Assembly (NCBI GenBank): GCA_965220815.1
Contig: OZ244846.1
Coordinates: 4,212,538 to 4,276,537 of the forward strand
Origin: Gammaproteobacteria bacterium
GTDB taxonomy: Bacteria; Pseudomonadota; Gammaproteobacteria; Eutrophobiales; Eutrophobiaceae
Direction: 5' to 3'
Length of the DNA: 64,000 nt
Positions 28,576 to 36,807 of this stretch are shown here, one piece after another. How positions within the stretch are numbered: the stretch's first letter is position 1; every line of letters starts with the position of its first letter. The notes under the pieces are model-generated. The model had not been told where the DNA came from and made no database searches. It worked only from the letters and a program-made list of their open reading frames with translations. The position numbers and the translations under genes are program-made.

Positions 28576-28607
28576 ATGTGGATTACAATAGCTGTTACTA
28601 TCCACAT
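28576..28607. promoter_or_regulatory. 8-bp inverted repeat immediately upstream of the RHH gene (candidate auto-operator)
   Basis: ATGTGGAT at 28576-28583 and ATCCACAT at 28600-28607, ending 15 nt before the ATG at 28622. Confidence 0.35.
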
Positions 28608-28621
28608 ATTAATGTCCGGCT

Positions 28622-28837
28622 ATGAAAACAGTACAAATGACACTGGATGAAGAACTGTTGCACTCGGTTGATCAACTGGCAAGGGAGTTGAAGACGACCC
28701 GCTCGGCTTTTGCGCGTTTTGCCTTGCAGAAGGCCCTTGACTACCATCAGGTTCGGAGGCAGGAAGAGAAACACCGAAAAGGTTATGAGACTTATCCCGT
28801 GGCCAATGGAGAGTTCGACGTCTGGCAAGAGTACTAG
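28622..28837 (+). CDS. Ribbon-helix-helix (CopG-family) antitoxin-like protein, with no adjacent toxin
   Basis: 71 aa. MKTVQMTLDEELLHSVDQLARELKTTRSAFARFALQKAL is a typical RHH N-terminus. The tail ...HRKGYETYPVANGEFDVWQ resembles MazE/PemI-class antitoxins. Confidence 0.65.
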   Translation: MKTVQMTLDEELLHSVDQLARELKTTRSAFARFALQKALDYHQVRRQEEKHRKGYETYPVANGEFDVWQEY

Positions 28838-29381
28838 CCGACTACTGCCGGGCTTGTTGCTTTGTTTATTTTGCGCCGGCCCGCTCGCCCAGGAAGAGAT
28901 CGTCGTGGAACAGGTCTCCACCGAGTTGAGTGGAGACGACTATTATCTTGATGCACGGGTTGACTTCAACCTGGATGACGACCTGCTGGAAGCGCTCGAC
29001 CACGGCATGGAACTGGACGTGCGTATCATTGTCAGGGTCAGGGAAAAACGCAAATGGCTCTGGGACAGGGTCTACAAGGAAACAAAGATAAAATTCAAGC
29101 TGGACCACCTCCCACTGTCAGACGTATATATTATTACCGACGTCAGGAAATCCGAGCAACGCCAGTTCGATACCCTGGAAAATGCCCTGAAGTACATGGG
29201 GAAGGTCGATCGGCACTTGTTATTGAACACGGGGGAAATAACAGGCGGACCGAAGCTGGGTGGTTTGATCAAGGGTGTGATTAACGTGAAAGACCTGCCG
29301 CAGCCGATGAAGCCCGTTGCCTTCCTGATTAACAAATGGCGTTCAGACAGCGGTTGGCACAAGTGGATAATCAGTCAATGA
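28806..29381 (+). CDS. DUF4390-like periplasmic protein (start uncertain)
   Basis: Signal-like RLLPGLLLCLFCAGPLAQ. Sits directly upstream of the sensor kinase, as in the conserved DUF4390-kinase-regulator-trkA arrangement. The ATG at 28806 overlaps the RHH gene, and alternative starts are possible. Confidence 0.55.
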   Translation: MESSTSGKSTSRLLPGLLLCLFCAGPLAQEEIVVEQVSTELSGDDYYLDARVDFNLDDDLLEALDHGMELDVRIIVRVREKRKWLWDRVYKETKIKFKLDHLPLSDVYIITDVRKSEQRQFDTLENALKYMGKVDRHLLLNTGEITGGPKLGGLIKGVINVKDLPQPMKPVAFLINKWRSDSGWHKWIISQ

Positions 29382-31582
29382 ACAGCGGACGATTGATACT
29401 GCTGCTGGGCATCCTGTTGTTCGCCTGTATGCTGGCATCACTGCTGATATTGAGCAGGGCCTTGCAGAACCCGGCCCAGTTCTACCAGTTCCATACCGGC
29501 CTGCTGATTTTCAATACACTCGGCTTGCTCACCCTCATCGTGTTGATCGGGTTGAATATCCGCAACCTGATCAAGCAGGCCAGGGAACGTATCGCCGGAG
29601 CTCGTCTGACGGTGCGCATGGTCACCATGTTCGTGATCCTTTCGGTCACTCCGGTGCTTGTCCTGTACTACTTCTCCCTTGATTTCCTGTACCGGGGCGT
29701 TGACAGCTGGTTTGATTTACGCGTTGAGAACGCCCTGGAGGACTCCCTTGAATTAAGCCGCCTTGGCCTTGAGAATCGCATGAAGGAACTCCTCAGGCAG
29801 TCTGAGGAAATGGCTGAAGATATAGCGCGGACCCCTGACGCGTCGATCCCCCTTGAAGTCGACCGCCTGCGCAGCCGGAGCGGCGCCGATGAACTGACCG
29901 TGATAACGAGACAGGGGATTATCATCGGTTCCAGTTCGGCAAACCCGGACAACCTGGTGCCGGAATCGCCCGACGACAGCGTACTGTTCCAGGTTTTGCA
30001 GGGTAACAGTTATATCGGTATGGACACCATCAGAAACGCCGGGCTGTCCTTCCGGGTCGTGGTAAACCTGCCTATTTTCGGATTCGACGTCGGTCCGCGC
30101 ATACTTCATGCCTTGTACCCCGTAACCGAACGGGTAAACGAACTGGCGCAAAGCGTTCAATCGGCTTTTACACAGTATGAGGAACTGTCTTACCTGAGGG
30201 AACAGCTCAAGCTGAGTTTTGTCCTGATCCTGACCATGGTCTTCCTGTTCAGCATGTTCTCCGCGGTATGGGCCGCGTTTTACTCCGCCAGGAGACTGGT
30301 CGCGCCGATACGCGACCTGGCGGAAGGAACCAAATCCGTGGCTGAAGGCGATTACCATACCACGCTGCGGGTACCGGGCAATGATGAACTGGGCTTCCTG
30401 GTCGCCTCGTTTAACGACATGACCCGCAAGATCGCCAGCGCCAGGGATGCAGCCAAAAGCAGCCAGGACGAGGCGGAAACCCAGCAGAAATACCTGGAGG
30501 CCGTCCTGGAACGGCTGTCGTCAGGCGTGCTGGTCCTGGATTCGGATAATTCCCTGCGCACCGTCAACATCAGCGGCGGCAGGATTCTCGGCCTCGACAT
30601 CCGCGAAATTACCGGCCGGCCGTTCGGGGGAATTTGTGAACGCTATACCCACCTGGAACAACTGCACAACCTGATCCGGTCCCACGTGGACCGGGGCGAT
30701 CAGGTGTGGGACCAGCAGGTAACGCTGTTCGGCGCCAGCGGCCGCCAGGTGCTCATGTGCAGGGGCACGTCCGTTGTCCCCGCCCGGGAAAAAGCCCCGG
30801 TTCACATCATCGTTTTCGATGACATAACGGCGTTGCTGCAGGGGCAACGGGACGCGGCCTGGAGTGAAATGGCGCGGCGGCTGGCCCACGAGATAAGGAA
30901 TCCGCTGACACCGATACAACTGGCGGCCGAAAGATTACGTCACAAGTATCTCAGGGCAGACCCCGAGGACCGGACCGACGCGCTGGACCGGCTCACCACG
31001 ACCATTATCAAGCAGGTGGAGACCATGAAAGGCATGGTCAACGCGTTCTCCGATTATGCCCGGGCGCCGGTCATGGCGCCGCGCGAAGTTGACCTGAACC
31101 GCCTGCTGGAGGAAGTGGTGGACCTGTATAAGGACATGGACACCAGGGTCACCATCACCCTTGACCTCACGCAGGACCAGTCGGTTATCAGTGCAGACCC
31201 CGGACGGTTGCGGCAGGTCTTTAATAATGTAATAAAGAACGCGCTCGATGCAGGCAGACAGGGAGAAGACCTGGCTTTGTCCGTCTCCACTGCCCGTGTA
31301 AGCCAGCCGGCCATGGATTACATGGAAATCCGTATCAGGGATACCGGCAGCGGCGTAAACGAGGATATAATGGCAACCGTATTCGAACCGTACGTAACCA
31401 CCAAACAGAAAGGCACAGGCCTGGGGCTGGCAATCGTGAAGAAAATTGTGGAAGAACATGGCGGACTGGTAATGATCAGGAACAACGTGGACGAACCGGG
31501 TGCCTGTGTGATCATCAGGCTGCCGGTCACCAGAAGTGATGTTGCGCAGGCGCGCGCCGCAACCGGGAGCGAGGGCGCATAA
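29378..31582 (+). CDS. NtrY-like sensor histidine kinase (TM-HAMP-PAS-HisKA-HATPase)
   Basis: Start MNSGRLILLLG overlaps the upstream stop (ATGA). H-box LAHEIRNPLTPIQL, G-boxes RDTGSGV and GTGLGLAIVKKIV. Confidence 0.85.
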   Translation: MNSGRLILLLGILLFACMLASLLILSRALQNPAQFYQFHTGLLIFNTLGLLTLIVLIGLNIRNLIKQARERIAGARLTVRMVTMFVILSVTPVLVLYYFSLDFLYRGVDSWFDLRVENALEDSLELSRLGLENRMKELLRQSEEMAEDIARTPDASIPLEVDRLRSRSGADELTVITRQGIIIGSSSANPDNLVPESPDDSVLFQVLQGNSYIGMDTIRNAGLSFRVVVNLPIFGFDVGPRILHALYPVTERVNELAQSVQSAFTQYEELSYLREQLKLSFVLILTMVFLFSMFSAVWAAFYSARRLVAPIRDLAEGTKSVAEGDYHTTLRVPGNDELGFLVASFNDMTRKIASARDAAKSSQDEAETQQKYLEAVLERLSSGVLVLDSDNSLRTVNISGGRILGLDIREITGRPFGGICERYTHLEQLHNLIRSHVDRGDQVWDQQVTLFGASGRQVLMCRGTSVVPAREKAPVHIIVFDDITALLQGQRDAAWSEMARRLAHEIRNPLTPIQLAAERLRHKYLRADPEDRTDALDRLTTTIIKQVETMKGMVNAFSDYARAPVMAPREVDLNRLLEEVVDLYKDMDTRVTITLDLTQDQSVISADPGRLRQVFNNVIKNALDAGRQGEDLALSVSTARVSQPAMDYMEIRIRDTGSGVNEDIMATVFEPYVTTKQKGTGLGLAIVKKIVEEHGGLVMIRNNVDEPGACVIIRLPVTRSDVAQARAATGSEGA

Positions 31583-31583
31583 C

Positions 31584-32942
31584 ATGAACCCCGGCGAAAA
31601 AATACTGGTAGTAGATGACGAAGCAGAGATCAGGAACCTGATCAGGGAGATCCTCGAAGACGAGGGGTTCGAGGTGGAGACGGCGGAAAACGGCGCCGGC
31701 GCCCGGACGCTGCTGGAACAGTTCCGGCCCAGGCTGGTGCTGCTGGATATCTGGATGCCGGACGTGGACGGCATTACCCTGTTGAAAGAGTGGCGTGAGT
31801 CAGGCAGGCTGACCAATCCCGTCATCATGATGTCCGGGCACGGAAACATAGGTACCGCGGTCGAGGCCACGCGTCTCGGCGCCTACGATTACCTGGAAAA
31901 ACCCCTGTCCATGGCCAAGCTGACCCTCACCATAAAAAATGCCCTGGACGCCTCCCGGCTGCGCAGGGAAAACCTGAGGCTGCGCCGGCACACACAGGAA
32001 CCGCACCGGATTATCGGCAAGAGCAAGTTGATGGTGAAACTGCGCGAACAGTTGAATAAGGTTACCGGCCTGGAAACCCCGATGCTGATTGTCGGAGAAC
32101 CGGGCACGGACAAGGAAGCGGTCGCCCGCTACCTGCACTCGGCCGGCGCGCGCAAGGACAAGTCCTTTGTTACCGTAAGCGTACCGGCCAGGGACCAGGA
32201 ATCCGTGCTTAACGAGTTGTACGGCGAAGAGACCGGGGCCGGCACGCAGGGCGGTTTCCTGGATGAGGCTGAAGGAGGAACCCTGTTCATCAAAGATATT
32301 GCCGATATGGACCTCGCAGCCCAGGCGCGCCTGCAGGACGTGCTGAAGAGCCGGGCCTATAAAAGAGTTAACGGTACGGCAACGGTCCCGCTCAATACCA
32401 GGATCATCGCCGCCACCCGCTACAACCTTGCCGACCGGGTAAGGGAGGCAGCTTTCATGGATGAACTTTATTTCCAGTTGAACGTGGTGCCGATCACGGT
32501 GCCGCCGCTCAGGGAACACTATGAAGACGTGCCCGACATCCTGGAGTATTTCGTCACCTGGTTTATCGAGCGGGAAGGATTGCCTTACCGGTCTTTTTCC
32601 ACCGCGGCGCAAAACAGGCTGCGGCGCTATCCCTGGCCCGGAAATACCCGGGAACTGAAAAACCTTGTGCAGAGAATGCTGATATTGGGAGGCGCTGCGA
32701 CTATCGACCTGGATGAAGTTGAGGCTGCGCTGGGAGATGCGCCGGCAAGAAGAGATTCCGATAGTGTGAAGAACCTGGATCTCCCCCTGCGCCAGGCCCG
32801 GGAAAACTTCGAGCGGGACTACCTGGAGTACCAGTTGAAACTGGCCAACGGCAGCGTCAGCAAAATGGCCAGGAGCGTCCACATGGAACGCACCCATCTC
32901 TACAGGAAGCTGAAGTCTCTCGGTATCGATATAAAATCGTGA
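31584..32942 (+). CDS. NtrX-like sigma-54-family response regulator
   Basis: Receiver ILVVDDE...LDIWMPDVDG, AAA+ core GEPGTDKEAVARYLH, and a C-terminal Fis-type HTH. Confidence 0.85.
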   Translation: MNPGEKILVVDDEAEIRNLIREILEDEGFEVETAENGAGARTLLEQFRPRLVLLDIWMPDVDGITLLKEWRESGRLTNPVIMMSGHGNIGTAVEATRLGAYDYLEKPLSMAKLTLTIKNALDASRLRRENLRLRRHTQEPHRIIGKSKLMVKLREQLNKVTGLETPMLIVGEPGTDKEAVARYLHSAGARKDKSFVTVSVPARDQESVLNELYGEETGAGTQGGFLDEAEGGTLFIKDIADMDLAAQARLQDVLKSRAYKRVNGTATVPLNTRIIAATRYNLADRVREAAFMDELYFQLNVVPITVPPLREHYEDVPDILEYFVTWFIEREGLPYRSFSTAAQNRLRRYPWPGNTRELKNLVQRMLILGGAATIDLDEVEAALGDAPARRDSDSVKNLDLPLRQARENFERDYLEYQLKLANGSVSKMARSVHMERTHLYRKLKSLGIDIKS

Positions 32943-34312
32943 AGATTATCATTCTCGGAGCAGGTCAGGTCGGTTCGTCCGTAGCCACCAACCTTTGCAG
33001 TGAAGCCAATGATATTACGGTAATCGATCGCAATCCGGCGGTCCTGCGCAATCTCCGGGAAAGGCTGGACCTGAAGACCATAAACGGCTCCGGGTCCCAT
33101 CCGTCGGTGCTCGATCAGGCAGGAGCGCGGGACGCCGACATGATCATCGCGGTGACCAACAGCGATGAAACCAACATGGTGGCCTGCCAGGTCGCCTACA
33201 CGGTGTTTCACACGCCGATGAAAATCGCCCGCGTGCGCAACAACGAATACCTGAGCAGCGACCGGTTGTTTGCCCTGGAAGCCATGCCAGTTGACGTCCT
33301 GATCAGCCCTGAACAGGTCGTAACCGAATACATCGCCCGCCTGATCGGCTTTCCCGGCGCCCTCCAGGTGCTCGATTTCGCCTCCGGCCGGGTGCAGATG
33401 GTGGTGGTGAAAATGACCGATCAAAGCGTGATCGCCGGTAAAAGGATCAGTGAGCTGGCCGCGCACATGCCGAAAATCGAGTTTCGTATCGTTTCGATCT
33501 TCCGCGGCGGCCGGGCAATCATCCCGGACGGCGACACGGAAATCCTGGCCGATGACGAAGTGTTCATCATCGGCGCTCCGAAGCATATCAGGAACCTGCT
33601 GAAATCGACCAAGCAGACGGACAAGCCGGTAAAGCGCATCATAATCGCCAGCGGCGGCAATATAGGCCGGCGCCTGGCGAAGCTGCTGGAGAACAGGTAC
33701 CAGGTCAAGGTCATCGAACTGTCCGCAGAAAAAGCGCAGAAAGCCGCGGAAGAACTGAACAACGCCATCGTCCTCAACGGTGACGCCGCGGACGAGGAAC
33801 TCCTCATCGAGGAAAACATAGACGACACTGACGTCTTCTGCGCCCTGACCAATGCCGACGAAGCCAACATCATCTCCTGCATGCTGGCGAAGCGACTGGG
33901 GGCGCACAAGGTCATGGCCCTGATCAACAGGGCGGCCTACGTGGACCTGGTGCAGAGCGACGTCATCGATATTGCAATCTCGCCGCAACAGGCGACCATC
34001 GGCAGCCTGCTGGCGCATATACGCAAGGGCGACGTGGTCGTGGTGCATTCACTGCGGCGCGGCGCCGCGGAAGCAATCGAGGCGGTTGCCCACGGCGACC
34101 GGACGACCTCCAACGTCGTCGGCAGGTCGATAGAGGAAATCCCCCTGCCGCCGGATACCAGCATCGGCGCCATCGTCCGGGACGACAAGGTGATTATCGC
34201 CCATCACGACACGGTCATCGCATCGGAGGACCACGTCATCCTGCTGGTGGGAGACAAGAAACGCGTGCCCGAGGTGGAAAGACTGTTCCAAGTGAAGATT
34301 ACATTCCTATGA
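32939..34312 (+). CDS. trkA: Trk potassium uptake protein TrkA
   Basis: GTG start overlapping the upstream stop. Two Rossmann RCK-N domains (MKIIILGAGQVGSS; RIIIASGGNIGRRLA). Confidence 0.9.
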   Translation: MKIIILGAGQVGSSVATNLCSEANDITVIDRNPAVLRNLRERLDLKTINGSGSHPSVLDQAGARDADMIIAVTNSDETNMVACQVAYTVFHTPMKIARVRNNEYLSSDRLFALEAMPVDVLISPEQVVTEYIARLIGFPGALQVLDFASGRVQMVVVKMTDQSVIAGKRISELAAHMPKIEFRIVSIFRGGRAIIPDGDTEILADDEVFIIGAPKHIRNLLKSTKQTDKPVKRIIIASGGNIGRRLAKLLENRYQVKVIELSAEKAQKAAEELNNAIVLNGDAADEELLIEENIDDTDVFCALTNADEANIISCMLAKRLGAHKVMALINRAAYVDLVQSDVIDIAISPQQATIGSLLAHIRKGDVVVVHSLRRGAAEAIEAVAHGDRTTSNVVGRSIEEIPLPPDTSIGAIVRDDKVIIAHHDTVIASEDHVILLVGDKKRVPEVERLFQVKITFL

Positions 34313-34316
34313 GTTA

Positions 34317-35768
34317 ATGCAACTCCTCGTCATCCAGAAAATCCTCGGGCTGCTGCTGATGCTGTTCAGTATCACCATGCTGCCGCCATTAAGCATTGCG
34401 CTATGGTATGAAGACAAGACAGTCAAGACATTCATGCTGTGCTTCATGCTTATACTCAGTATCGGCGCTTTCCTGTGGCTGCCGGTGCGCAAGGTCAACA
34501 AGGAGCTGCGCCTGCGCGACGGTTTCATCGTCGTGGTATTGTTCTGGGCGGGGCTGGGACTGATCGGCGCCATGCCGTTCCTGCTGGCGTCTTTCCCCGA
34601 TATGTCATTTACCGATTCATTGTTCGAATCCGTTTCCGGCCTGACCACCACCGGCGCCACGGTGATCACCGGCCTCGACCACCTGCCGAAATCCATCCTA
34701 TTCTACCGCCAGGAACTGCAATGGCTGGGCGGCATGGGGATCATCGTCCTGGCGGTTGCCATCCTGCCCATGCTGGGCATCGGTGGAATGCAGTTATACC
34801 GCGCGGAAACGCCGGGGCCGATAAAGGACTCGAAGCTGGCGCCCAGGATCACCGAGACGGCCAAGGCGCTATGGTACATCTACCTGTCCCTGACCATCGC
34901 CTGCGCGTTCATGTACTGGATAGCCGGCATGTCGCCGTTCGACGCAATCAGCCACAGTTTCTCCACGGTCTCCATCGGCGGCTTCTCCACCCACGACCAG
35001 AGCATCGGCTACTTCGACAGCGGGTTGATCAACGCCGTGGCCGTGGTCTTCATGCTGATTGCCGGCATCAACTTCACCCTGCATTTCATCGGCTGGCGTT
35101 CCATGAGCCTGAATACTTACCGCAAGGACTCCGAGGTAAAAGCATTCGTCGGCGTACTGGTCGGGTTGTGCGTGATCACCTGCATCTACCTGAGCGTCAA
35201 GCAAACCTATGATGATCCCCTGGACACACTCGGCCACGGTATCTTCCAGTCCGTATCCATCGCCACGACGTCGGGCTTTACCACCACCACCTACCAGAAC
35301 TGGCCCACGTTCCTGCCGGTCCTGCTGATCTTTGCCAGTTTCATCGGCGGCTGCGCCGGTTCCACGGGCGGCGGGCTGAAAGTCATCCGCGTGGTGCTCC
35401 TGTACAAGCAGGGCAAGAGGGAGATCAGGCGCCTGGTCCATCCCAATGCCATTATCCAGATCAAGCTGGGCGGCAAACCGGTCGATGAATCCGTCATCAA
35501 CGCGGTGTGGGGCTTCTTTGCCTCCTACGTGGCCGTGTTCGCGCTGTTGCTGATCCTGCTCATGGCTACCGGCCTGGACCAGGTCACGGCATTTTCCGCA
35601 GTGGCCGCCTGCCTCAACAACCTGGGCCCGGGTCTGGGCGAAGTCAGCGCCAATTACACCGGGATCAACGACATATCCAAATGGCTGCTCTGCCTCGCCA
35701 TGCTGCTGGGGCGACTGGAAATCTTCACCCTGCTGGTGTTGATGACGCCCACCTTCTGGCGCAGATAG
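34317..35768 (+). CDS. trkH: Trk potassium uptake membrane protein TrkH
   Basis: 483-aa polytopic protein with TrkH-type selectivity-loop glycines (SGLTTTGATV, SIGGFSTHD, TSGFTTT, LNNLGPGLG). Confidence 0.9.
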   Translation: MQLLVIQKILGLLLMLFSITMLPPLSIALWYEDKTVKTFMLCFMLILSIGAFLWLPVRKVNKELRLRDGFIVVVLFWAGLGLIGAMPFLLASFPDMSFTDSLFESVSGLTTTGATVITGLDHLPKSILFYRQELQWLGGMGIIVLAVAILPMLGIGGMQLYRAETPGPIKDSKLAPRITETAKALWYIYLSLTIACAFMYWIAGMSPFDAISHSFSTVSIGGFSTHDQSIGYFDSGLINAVAVVFMLIAGINFTLHFIGWRSMSLNTYRKDSEVKAFVGVLVGLCVITCIYLSVKQTYDDPLDTLGHGIFQSVSIATTSGFTTTTYQNWPTFLPVLLIFASFIGGCAGSTGGGLKVIRVVLLYKQGKREIRRLVHPNAIIQIKLGGKPVDESVINAVWGFFASYVAVFALLLILLMATGLDQVTAFSAVAACLNNLGPGLGEVSANYTGINDISKWLLCLAMLLGRLEIFTLLVLMTPTFWRR

Positions 35769-35771
35769 TCC

Positions 35772-35811
35772 GGGGTCAGAGTAAGAAATTCGAAGACATT
35801 ACTCTGACCCC
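35772..35811. repeat. REP family 1 copy
   Basis: ggggtcagagtaagaaattcgaagacattactctgacccc, 4 nt after the trkH stop. Confidence 0.9.
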
Positions 35812-35829
35812 ATATATCCCGGACATCCA

Positions 35830-36411
35830 ATGAACAAACCAGACCAGACAAAATGGGACAGGATTTATACAGGTAGCGGTGAAAAATCCGCCAAACCCTG
35901 TCGCGCACTCTCTTCCCATTCACATTTGCTGCCTGCTGAGGGAGATGCCCTCGACCTGGCCTGCGGGCGCGGCGGCAACGCGCTGTACCTTGCCGCCCGG
36001 GGATTTGCCGCGCACGCATGGGATATCTCCCCGGTTGCGGTAAAGGCCCTGTCGGAACGGGCGCGCCGCAACGGATTGCCCCTGGTTGCACAACAACGGG
36101 ATGTCAGCACACAACCGCCGGAGCCGGAGAGCTTCGATATTATTGTGGTCAGCCGTTTCCTGGACAGGGCCATAGCACCTGCAATCTGCTCCGCGCTGCG
36201 GCAGCACGGCCTGCTGTTCTACCAGACCTTCATCCGGGACAAAGTCTCCGATACCGGTCCGAACAACCCCGCGTATCTTCTTGAAGCAAATGAACTGCTG
36301 CAGTTGTTCCGCCCGTTGCGCCTGATCTACTACCGCGAGGAGGGAACCACGGGCGACACCGGCAAGGGATTCAGGAACGAAGCCATGCTGATCGCGCAGA
36401 AACACAGTTAA
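35830..36411 (+). CDS. Class I SAM-dependent methyltransferase (TehB-like)
   Basis: 193 aa with SAM motif ALDLACGRGGNALYLA. Confidence 0.75.
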   Translation: MNKPDQTKWDRIYTGSGEKSAKPCRALSSHSHLLPAEGDALDLACGRGGNALYLAARGFAAHAWDISPVAVKALSERARRNGLPLVAQQRDVSTQPPEPESFDIIVVSRFLDRAIAPAICSALRQHGLLFYQTFIRDKVSDTGPNNPAYLLEANELLQLFRPLRLIYYREEGTTGDTGKGFRNEAMLIAQKHS

Positions 36412-36413
36412 TC

Positions 36414-36722
36414 ATGGATACAACAACACTCGAAGCCATGCTGGAATGCGGCCAGGACAACGCGTTGCTGCGTTTCACCCTGGGTAACCTGCTGCTCCAA
36501 CAACAGGACTACGCCAAAGCCGAAACACACCTCGCCCAGGCGGTAAAGATGGACCCGAACTACTCCGCCGCCTGGAAACTATACGGCCGCACCCTGGCCG
36601 CCGCGGGCAAACAGGCTGAAGCGGCCAACGCCTTCAACCAGGGCATCACCGTCGCGGAACAACGCGGCGACATACAGGCGGCAAAGGAGATGCGCGTATT
36701 CCTGCGCCGGATTGAAAAATAA
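36414..36722 (+). CDS. Small tetratricopeptide-repeat protein
   Basis: 102 aa with TPR-like helices (YAKAETHLAQAVKMDPNYSAAWKLYGRTL). Confidence 0.6.
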   Translation: MDTTTLEAMLECGQDNALLRFTLGNLLLQQQDYAKAETHLAQAVKMDPNYSAAWKLYGRTLAAAGKQAEAANAFNQGITVAEQRGDIQAAKEMRVFLRRIEK

Positions 36723-36741
36723 CCCATCTGATTTATTCGTG

Positions 36742-36772
36742 GATGACACAGATGAACGCAGATATTTTTTTT
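36742..36772. repeat. Solo arm of repeat family 3 (GATGAC.CAGAT.AACGCAGAT + T-run)
   Basis: ggatgacacagatgaacgcagatattttttt, compared with cagatgacgcagattaacgcagatgttttttt at 52134-52165. Lies 36 nt from the DUF499 stop. Confidence 0.6.
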
Positions 36773-36807
36773 AGAGCGCAGAGGACATAACCAACAGGAC
36801 AGATGGA

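Noticed and set aside
28710-28805. Longest-ORF start (28710) for the DUF4390-like gene.
   Set aside because: It would overlap almost the entire RHH gene in another frame. The signal-peptide-like segment begins much later, so a downstream start (28806 or later) is more plausible.
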